From the sequence record PP885733.1: a DNA stretch of 64,000 nt, one strand, 5' to 3'. The position numbers and the translations under genes are program-made. Below, piece by piece: positions 57,698 through 64,000 of this stretch (positions are counted from its first letter, which is position 1; each line of letters starts with the position of its first letter). Under the pieces are notes generated by a model. The model saw nothing but the letters and a program-made list of their open reading frames with translations. It was not told where the DNA came from and ran no database searches.

Positions 57698-58253
57698 AGG
57701 CATCAAGCGGCTAAAGCGTACAGCACGTCGCACTATGTACAGCTCAGCTCCAGACATGCGGGCTTGTACAAGTTTGGTAACAGTGGAAGGTCGTCTGGAC
57801 AACGTTAAACCTATCACACAGATTCGTGAGATTTATGGGAACATCTCATTCTATCTGGGTGGTCGTCCCATTACGATCCATGGTGAGATGGGTCTGAACC
57901 AGGGCGGACTGTGTGATGACAAACCTCAGCGTTATCTGAATAAGCTGGATATGCTGGAGCATGTCTTAGCATCCGCTCTGACGCATCTCGAGAGTAAGGA
58001 TCCTGCTCGCTTTGTTATGCGTGAGTTTCTTAACTCTGTAGGCGACAACAATGATTATGGTTCTTCCGTCATGATCGTTATTCCTGAAATGAAAGAAGAA
58101 CATTTGTTCTGTACGCTTGAGATAGCGTCGTGTCATTTCAAGAGCCGTCAAAACCCTGATCGTAAAGAACTGATGAAACAAATCAAGTTCTTACTTAAAG
58201 GTCTTCGCACTCACATTAAAGACTACGAAGAAGCTATTAAAGTCTGGAGCTAA
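57684..58253 (+). CDS. Hypothetical protein, paralog family A (A2)
   Basis: SFYLGGRPITIH, YLNKL, FVMREFLN, LEIASC; start ATG 57684. Confidence 0.8.
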   Translation: MIRTKGIKRLKRTARRTMYSSAPDMRACTSLVTVEGRLDNVKPITQIREIYGNISFYLGGRPITIHGEMGLNQGGLCDDKPQRYLNKLDMLEHVLASALTHLESKDPARFVMREFLNSVGDNNDYGSSVMIVIPEMKEEHLFCTLEIASCHFKSRQNPDRKELMKQIKFLLKGLRTHIKDYEEAIKVWS

Positions 58254-58255
58254 TC

Positions 58256-58648
58256 ATGGAACAACAGTTCTTCACAGAAATTGCTCGCTTCCGTATTCTG
58301 TCTTATTTGAATATCGAAAGCAAACGAGCTATGCCTGCGGTCTATAAGAGTATCGATGCAGCTCTTGCTCGTATCGGTAACAGTATCCAGCGCGGATACA
58401 CTCTACAAGACCGTACAAACGCTTTGGGAGAGATACAGCGGCGTTATCCTTACTTTGAGGTGATCGTCTCTGAGATCCACTCCCAGGTCGATTTAAAGGT
58501 GATCATTCGTCGGGGCGACATTAGCATCACTATCGATGAAGATACACTTCCTAAACTTCTGGTGTGGGTGAACAAATGGAAGCCCGCTAAGAAACCAAAC
58601 ACGATTGAGGAACTCCAGTTCTTTGATCCTAACCAACGGTGGTGGTAA
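58256..58648 (+). CDS. Hypothetical protein, paralog family B (B1, divergent)
   Basis: ...ISITIDEDTLPKLLVWV. Confidence 0.75.
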   Translation: MEQQFFTEIARFRILSYLNIESKRAMPAVYKSIDAALARIGNSIQRGYTLQDRTNALGEIQRRYPYFEVIVSEIHSQVDLKVIIRRGDISITIDEDTLPKLLVWVNKWKPAKKPNTIEELQFFDPNQRWW

Positions 58649-59097
58649 TGAAACAAGAAGATGTACTGATTGAGAACTGGAACAATCTCCGGGTTCGCAT
58701 TCTGGATGCTCATCCACGTCGTCGTCCTAAAGAGCTAGTTCTCGTATCTCTGGACGAAGAGTTCAAACGACTTGCGCGTTGTCTGTTAAAACTACAGATC
58801 AGTCGTGGGAGCTACAAGATCATCGATGTGGATCATTCGTCATTAACTCGTGGGCATATTGCATTGCGGTCTCGAGATGGTCATGTGGTCAATCTCTACG
58901 AGAAAGATTACGAGCTGTTCCAGCGTTGGGTCGACATGCCTGATGAAGATAAGTTCATCGCCAAGTCGGTTCACAAGTACGGGTATCGTCTTAAAGAGAC
59001 AAAGCCCGAGGTTAAGAAACCGAACAGACCTTTAACTCACCATGAAGTCAGAGAAGGGTTTGAACCTGATCCTGACGATGATGCCGGAGATATGTAA
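58648..59097 (+). CDS. Hypothetical protein, paralog family B (B2)
   Basis: RGSYKIIDVDH...VVNLYEKDYELFQRWV; TAATG coupling. Confidence 0.8.
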   Translation: MKQEDVLIENWNNLRVRILDAHPRRRPKELVLVSLDEEFKRLARCLLKLQISRGSYKIIDVDHSSLTRGHIALRSRDGHVVNLYEKDYELFQRWVDMPDEDKFIAKSVHKYGYRLKETKPEVKKPNRPLTHHEVREGFEPDPDDDAGDM

Positions 59098-59484
59098 ATG
59101 GAATGGCCGACTATCACTAAAGAGTTTCAAGAACAGCTTGAAGTTCTTCGTTACTTGGCACGTGATGAGAAAGTCCGTAGCGTTTGGTCGCACAAACCTT
59201 TCATTGAAGTTCGTAAGGACTTTGAGCGTATTCTCAAGATGAAAGGTCTGGGACGTGAGCTGCGTCCTGGTAGCTACAAACGTCTGACTGTATCTCATCG
59301 TAACCATGGGACTGATGCTTGGGAAATTCGTCTCTCAGCTGATCGCATGGTTGTTACCATCAACAAAGATAACTGGAAGTCGTTCCAGTATTGGGTTCGT
59401 TCATTAGAGTCATATGCTCCTAACAGTGCAATGTCTTTAATGGATAAGTACCCGCATGTCAAAGTGAAAACCTGGGGAATGTAA
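59098..59484 (+). CDS. Hypothetical protein, paralog family B (B3)
   Basis: PGSYKRLTVSH...VVTINKDNWKSFQYWV. Confidence 0.8.
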   Translation: MEWPTITKEFQEQLEVLRYLARDEKVRSVWSHKPFIEVRKDFERILKMKGLGRELRPGSYKRLTVSHRNHGTDAWEIRLSADRMVVTINKDNWKSFQYWVRSLESYAPNSAMSLMDKYPHVKVKTWGM

Positions 59485-60087
59485 ATGGCATGGTTGAAAC
59501 GCAGTTACAAAAGGGATTGGTTACAAAGAGCGCCCTTTCTTAATACGGTTGCGTATCGACACGAATTAAGTAACACAACGGTTTGGGACATTAAACCGGA
59601 AGCCATGGACAAAGCTGACAATAAACGTAAGTGGCCTGAAGACTATTATCCTCATGATGAATTAATGGCGAAGTTCGAAACGATATTCTCTATCGGTTCC
59701 AACATCATCTTACTTCATGCCAATGACTTTATTGACCCAATGGAAGCCTTGAAAGACTACCACCGGAAAATCGAATTAATTCGGGATGTCATACAACGCT
59801 TTATACGGGACTACAAGGAGTTCTATTCGAAAGACGCACCATTTATCATCAAGGAGTTCTTAAACGGCTCAGAGGGTCCCTCAGCGATCTATACGAGTAC
59901 TGTGGCTATCAGTACATCAACTACCCACGGATTCTTCTTTGAGATATCGTCTTGTGATGATAAAGCAAGGATGTATATCCAACGGGAGAAAGACTTCCTG
60001 GAGATGTTGATGAAGTTACAGAGGTTTATCCTTGGTGCGGCCACGGATGCTAAGTCTGCAATAGACACCTATAAAGGTAAGTACTGA
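59485..60087 (+). CDS. Hypothetical protein, paralog family A (A3)
   Basis: FSIGSNIILLH, YHRKI, FIIKEFLN, FEISSC. Confidence 0.8.
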   Translation: MAWLKRSYKRDWLQRAPFLNTVAYRHELSNTTVWDIKPEAMDKADNKRKWPEDYYPHDELMAKFETIFSIGSNIILLHANDFIDPMEALKDYHRKIELIRDVIQRFIRDYKEFYSKDAPFIIKEFLNGSEGPSAIYTSTVAISTSTTHGFFFEISSCDDKARMYIQREKDFLEMLMKLQRFILGAATDAKSAIDTYKGKY

Positions 60088-60105
60088 TTCATTTGCATTT
60101 GGGTT

Positions 60106-60126
60106 TAGACTTATATTATCAAAGTG
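60106..60126 (+). promoter_or_regulatory. Phage early-promoter-like motif
   Basis: TAGACTTATATTATCAAAGTG. Confidence 0.78.
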
Positions 60127-60160
60127 TAAACCCAATCACTTTTAACTAAAGGTAAATGTC

Positions 60161-60709
60161 ATGTTCAAATCTATTCTGAAGTCTGCTGTAACTGTTGCTG
60201 TTCTGGTTATCTCCACTGGCGTTGCTATCGCTAAGAACGTTGGCTGGGAATCTGTGGATACATTCCCAGGTACTGAGATCGTAAGTTCCATTATGGTCAA
60301 AGGCGACCGCGGTGGCGCAATCATTCTGACCTGCAATGCAGCAAAGAAAAATCTGTCCATGACCTATGCCAATGGTAAAGGTGTGCATTATGATTTCTTT
60401 ACTGTGCGTAACTATGCCGGCGACTTTGACGGTAAGAACGAAAGCCTGATTGTTGGACCTGCTGTAACTACCACTCTGGAAACCTACGTGTTCCTGCTGA
60501 AAGCCGAATACGCATTCGAGGTACAGCCGTACAAGAATGGTACACTGGAATCCTGGAACGCAAACGTTAAGGCTGATCTCCCTATGCCTAAACTGAATCC
60601 AGTTACCGAAGGTCGTGAAACATTCGTAACTACTCCGGTTATCGCAAGCTATATCGATCAGCTGGTAGAACGCTGCCCAGCAGACGGCATTAACAAAACA
60701 AGTCTCTAA
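60161..60709 (+). CDS. Exported (periplasmic) protein with signal peptide
   Basis: MFKSILKSAVTVAVLVISTGVAIA|KN; two Cys (ILTC, VERC). Confidence 0.8.
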   Translation: MFKSILKSAVTVAVLVISTGVAIAKNVGWESVDTFPGTEIVSSIMVKGDRGGAIILTCNAAKKNLSMTYANGKGVHYDFFTVRNYAGDFDGKNESLIVGPAVTTTLETYVFLLKAEYAFEVQPYKNGTLESWNANVKADLPMPKLNPVTEGRETFVTTPVIASYIDQLVERCPADGINKTSL

Positions 60710-60727
60710 TTCATTTGAATTAGAAAT

Positions 60728-60748
60728 CAGAAATATATAATCATAGTG
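60728..60748 (+). promoter_or_regulatory. Phage early-promoter-like motif (variant)
   Basis: CAGAAATATATAATCATAGTG. Confidence 0.65.
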
Positions 60749-60815
60749 AATTTAAACCTTGCGGTCCTAGTGTCTGTAAGGTACCCCAAACCCCTTAATT
60801 AGAGAGAGAATTAAA

Positions 60816-61391
60816 ATGCCTATTATCGATACCAACAAAAAGAAAACCGGTGGTGCTAAGCGTGCTCTGAAATGGTTCGCTATCATCTTAGTTGTTCTGT
60901 TCGTTCTGCGTGCTTGCACTGTGGGTGATCACAAAGCGGCTGACACAGATGTGGATGTTTCTCCGGCTATCCCAGAGAACACTTCTCTATTCACTATCGG
61001 TAACATGGACGGGATCCATGTGGAAACCCTGTGTAAAAATCCAGGTAAGCCAGAAGGTGTGAACTTTGTAATCAAAGATGGTCAGGGTAATGTCCTGAAT
61101 GATTACAAACTGTTCATGCTGTTGGATCTGGATGGCAATTCTCCAATCACCACTAAAGGTTGGAAAGAAATCAAGATCCACGCCCCTGGTCAAATGACTA
61201 TGACTGAAGCATTCTTCCTGACTGCGTTCGGTATGAAGGATGCGCTGGATGTAGAAGGTCCTAAGTTCAAGTTCGCCATCACTAAGGGCTACCCAGCAGC
61301 TGGTGACGATGTGTGGGTCGAACCGTCTAAGCGTGTTATCCTGTACGGCGCGATCTTCAACACTTCTAAATGTTCAACTCTTAGCAAATAA
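60816..61391 (+). CDS. Membrane-anchored periplasmic protein
   Basis: Basic N-terminus + LKWFAIILVVLFVLRAC; Cys in ETLC and SKC. Confidence 0.8.
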   Translation: MPIIDTNKKKTGGAKRALKWFAIILVVLFVLRACTVGDHKAADTDVDVSPAIPENTSLFTIGNMDGIHVETLCKNPGKPEGVNFVIKDGQGNVLNDYKLFMLLDLDGNSPITTKGWKEIKIHAPGQMTMTEAFFLTAFGMKDALDVEGPKFKFAITKGYPAAGDDVWVEPSKRVILYGAIFNTSKCSTLSK

Positions 61392-61400
61392 AGGAACACT

Positions 61401-61481
61401 ATGAAATTACTTTCCGGTATTGTGCTGATTGTTCTTCTTTGTGTTGCATATATGCTGGACTTTCAAGCACATCCATTCTAA
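61401..61481 (+). CDS. Tiny single-TM peptide (26 aa)
   Basis: SD aagga; MKLLSGIVLIVLLCVAYMLDFQAHPF*. Confidence 0.55.
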   Translation: MKLLSGIVLIVLLCVAYMLDFQAHPF

Positions 61482-61524
61482 ACATTAACCTGTAACCAGA
61501 TACAACTAACTCTGAGAGATAGAA

Positions 61525-62238
61525 ATGAAAAAGATTATTAATGCGGTTCTGTTCGCAGTAGTAGCAATGACTCTGACTGCGTGCAATGACGAAATCGGTG
61601 GCGGTAAGAATGAAGGCGCCAACAAAACTCAGGCTGAGTATGTGCGCGATCCATCAACTGCCGAGCAGCTGTACGGCGAAGTCGTTCACCGTGCTACGGT
61701 AGCTCCTTCCGAGAAAGTAAAGATTCTCGGTCAAGATCTGACTGCTGATCTTTCCATCATCAATATCATGGTTAAGGGAACTGTACAGAACCCAGGCACT
61801 ATGGTTATTCTGGCGTGTGATCGCCGTACCCAAACCTGGGCATTCGCATCCAACATCTATCAGGATAATGGCCAGGGCACTGAGAACGCAACTGAGTTCT
61901 CTATCATGAACTACAAGAAAGGTCTGACTGAAATTCGTGCTGCGGATGATGCGGTTACTCCATTCTTCTCAACTGCCGAGGGTAACACCGATATCCATAG
62001 TGCTTTGGTTAAGCTGGGTAAGCTGGATCCTGAATCCTATATTACCTTTACTGTGGAAGAAGTAGGTGAAGATCAATACAGCCATTCTATCGGTTGGTCT
62101 CCGTTGTTCAAAGTTGATGATATTGTCAAGGGTCTGAAAAAGGTTGACCTGTCTGCATGTAAAGGTGCTGAACCAGATCCTACTCAGGTTGTGGCATTCA
62201 CCAGCAATGAAGACATTCGCAAGGCCGCAGGTAAGTAA
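61525..62238 (+). CDS. Lipoprotein
   Basis: MKKIINAVLFAVVAMTLTA|C (lipobox); further Cys in ILAC and LSAC. Confidence 0.85.
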   Translation: MKKIINAVLFAVVAMTLTACNDEIGGGKNEGANKTQAEYVRDPSTAEQLYGEVVHRATVAPSEKVKILGQDLTADLSIINIMVKGTVQNPGTMVILACDRRTQTWAFASNIYQDNGQGTENATEFSIMNYKKGLTEIRAADDAVTPFFSTAEGNTDIHSALVKLGKLDPESYITFTVEEVGEDQYSHSIGWSPLFKVDDIVKGLKKVDLSACKGAEPDPTQVVAFTSNEDIRKAAGK

Positions 62239-62249
62239 TACTTTGATAA

Positions 62250-62275
62250 GGTTAGAGGGCTTCGGCTCTCTAGCC
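62250..62275 (+). terminator. Intrinsic terminator
   Basis: ggttagagggc-ttcg-gctctctagcc. Confidence 0.75.
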
Positions 62276-62312
62276 TCATCTACTAAACAAATCTTTTTTG
62301 TTTAAAAAGACT

Positions 62313-62333
62313 CAGACAGATATTATTATGTTG
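62313..62333 (+). promoter_or_regulatory. Phage early-promoter-like motif
   Basis: CAGACAGATATTATTATGTTG. Confidence 0.75.
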
Positions 62334-62369
62334 AGTAATACTAACCATTAATTTGAAGGAAACACATAG

Positions 62370-63098
62370 ATGGAAAATACAGTAATCACTCATGATGAGA
62401 AGAAAGTCCAGGCCGATAAGGAATGGGCTCAACTCTTCGATTACAAAATGCAGAAAGAACTGCTTCGCTATTGTGTATATTCCATTTCCCTCAATGATAT
62501 CGCCCACAATCTCGGACACGTCTGGGATGTATGCAATCTGGGGAAATCAATCTGCGATGAATTAGGGGTGGATGAGAGAACACGTATGCTCGTCTACCTC
62601 GGCTGTTTACTGCATGACATCGGCTGTCGCTATGAGCGGAAGCATCATCATTTGATAGGCTATGGACTCGTTTACGAACTAGTCGGGAGATACTGGCCCG
62701 GTGAATTCACGGATGATGAACTCTTAACCATCGCAACAGCTGTACTGGAACATCGCAGCTCCAATAAGGATAAACCGTCTAACTTCGTTAGCTCTATTGT
62801 GAGTGTGGCTGATTCTGGAGCGCCAGACTTTAACAAGTATGTACGTAGAGCGATTCAGTTCCGACTGAAGATGAATTTGGGCGAGGACATTCTTATTGAG
62901 GAAGTCTATAAACACCTTCTGGAGAAATTCGGTGTTGAGGGCTACCACTGGAAAAGTTATCCTGACATAGGTATGGAGCTTTTCAAAACGGAATGGGATG
63001 ACTTCTCCAACAAGCTGTATGATGAACAGTTCACCATGGATTGTATCAAAACAACATACATGCAGTTAGGAGGAATATGTGGGGTTGGATCAAGCTGA
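62370..63098 (+). CDS. HD-domain metal-dependent phosphohydrolase
   Basis: HNLGH, LLHDIG, HH, LEH, VAD. Confidence 0.88.
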   Translation: MENTVITHDEKKVQADKEWAQLFDYKMQKELLRYCVYSISLNDIAHNLGHVWDVCNLGKSICDELGVDERTRMLVYLGCLLHDIGCRYERKHHHLIGYGLVYELVGRYWPGEFTDDELLTIATAVLEHRSSNKDKPSNFVSSIVSVADSGAPDFNKYVRRAIQFRLKMNLGEDILIEEVYKHLLEKFGVEGYHWKSYPDIGMELFKTEWDDFSNKLYDEQFTMDCIKTTYMQLGGICGVGSS

Positions 63099-63534
63099 TA
63101 TATTACTGACAGCTACGATCGTACTGGGAATCATGTCTGCACTTATCGGGTTAATTTGGTTCTTCTTGAAGGATCAGAATCCCGGTGACATAGCCTTTGT
63201 GTGGATGCAGTTGGCAAACAGTACTATCAGAGCGGAGTATATCGACAGGACTGATACGAAATGGATTCTTGACATCAAGTATCACTCCAAGGTAATACTC
63301 CCATCCTGCCGTCGAGAAGATAACCACAAACTAATCATCACCGTACCTGATGATTATTCAGTGAAGGAGTTTGAAAGGTTCGTTGCCAAGCAACATGGTA
63401 AAGGACCAGCATTCAAATTACTTCGTGGTCTGTTTGATTGCCATTCATTAAACAGATTACACTTCGCCTCCGTTGACATTAAACTCTTCGGAGATTTTAA
63501 GAAAGCAGTATTCCACAAAGCCTTAACACCGTAA
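63079..63534 (+). CDS. Single-TM protein, paralog family D (copy 1)
   Basis: N-terminal TM; ILDIKYHSKVILPS. Confidence 0.75.
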   Translation: MGLDQADILLTATIVLGIMSALIGLIWFFLKDQNPGDIAFVWMQLANSTIRAEYIDRTDTKWILDIKYHSKVILPSCRREDNHKLIITVPDDYSVKEFERFVAKQHGKGPAFKLLRGLFDCHSLNRLHFASVDIKLFGDFKKAVFHKALTP

Positions 63535-63935
63535 TGAACTATTTGCTCTTTCTGTTCCTCTTCATGGCTGCCGTTGGCATTGGGTGTTTGATCTGTAATG
63601 ACCGGAAGATACGTGTATCGTGTCAACGATCTGGAGATCGGTTCACCATTTACTATGATCAACGTGTAATCAACATTGAACTTACTTCGAGGGTGAGAAT
63701 ACCTTCTTACACTTGGGTGGGTAAAGTGGAGACTATAGTGATTCCCAAACATTCTGGTAGTCTGGAACAGATTGAGCTATTTATGACTCGATACAAAACT
63801 TCTCGTTTAGCTGAAGCTTTATTTAGATTCAGTGAGAGTGCTCGAGCATGGCCCATAATTCGATTTGATCCCGAGTACAGTAAAGAACTTATTGGAATCC
63901 AAATGCGGCTTAAATGTTTTATTAAAGATCGATAG
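63534..63935 (+). CDS. Single-TM protein, paralog family D (copy 2)
   Basis: N-terminal TM; VINIELTSRVRIPS; TAATG coupling. Confidence 0.75.
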   Translation: MNYLLFLFLFMAAVGIGCLICNDRKIRVSCQRSGDRFTIYYDQRVINIELTSRVRIPSYTWVGKVETIVIPKHSGSLEQIELFMTRYKTSRLAEALFRFSESARAWPIIRFDPEYSKELIGIQMRLKCFIKDR

Positions 63936-63943
63936 ACAAACAA

Positions 63944-63976
63944 ACCCCCTACCCTTCCTTACGGAGGGGTAGGGGT
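63944..63976. terminator. Terminator, CCCCTACCC family
   Basis: accccctacccttcc-ttac-ggaggggtaggggt. Confidence 0.8.
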
Positions 63977-64000
63977 AATAACGTTTGTTATTTTTTTTGA

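Noticed and set aside
61525-62238. o-spanin call for the lipoprotein
   Set aside because: It is too large (237 aa), not Pro-rich, and lies under an early-type promoter far from lysis genes
131-63976. Repeated CCCCTACCC hairpins as a CRISPR array or MITE
   Set aside because: They are dispersed singly at gene ends, with no spacer periodicity, target duplications or transposase; RNA tetraloops favour terminators
1-64000. Alternative genetic code (stop-codon reassignment)
   Set aside because: Coding density is high under the standard code, recognisable enzymes are full length, and TAA, TGA and TAG all terminate genes
1-64000. tRNA, rRNA or large ncRNA genes
   Set aside because: Intergenic gaps are short (<150 nt), explained by promoters and terminators, and show no cloverleaf or T-loop signature by eye
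1-64000. Claim that this phage forms a nucleus
   Set aside because: Chimallin and PhuZ are not in this window; nucleus formation is only suggested by relatedness

Overview
This window is a 64 kb segment of a phiKZ-related jumbo phage (Chimalliviridae-like). The gene order resembles phages EL and OBP: a GroEL-like chaperonin, then ~27 genes, then a large tail protein with a lytic domain, the beta'/beta RNAP genes and an endolysin. The central ~15.8-52 kb is conserved core. It holds four fragments of the split virion RNA polymerase (betaN, betaC, beta'N with DFDGD, beta'M), UvsX/RecA, an SNF2 helicase, an RNase H-like protein, inner-body/head proteins, a 2417-aa tail protein with a GH19 domain, a modular endolysin and the prohead protease. 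The flanks (0-15.8 kb and 52-64 kb) are accessory/early regions. They carry dTTP-supply enzymes (ThyA, DHFR, Tdk, HAD nucleotidase), phosphoesterases, many small membrane or exported proteins and several tandem paralog arrays. By eye I found 11 copies of a 21-bp early-promoter-like motif (YAGR-N3-ATATTAYY-N4-TG) and ~18 terminator-type hairpins. No tRNA, CRISPR array, intron or transposase was seen. The strongest candidates for something undescribed are: (i) a holin-sized 2-TM gene coupled to a protein with endolysin-type peptidoglycan-binding repeats fused to a GNAT acetyltransferase; (ii) a Ser->Ala pseudo-protease paralog next to the prohead protease; (iii) a coupled 3+3 array of two paralog families; (iv) an RNase H homolog that appears to lack its catalytic acids; (v) an early cluster of Cys-paired exported proteins. 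All family assignments come from motif recognition, not database searches.
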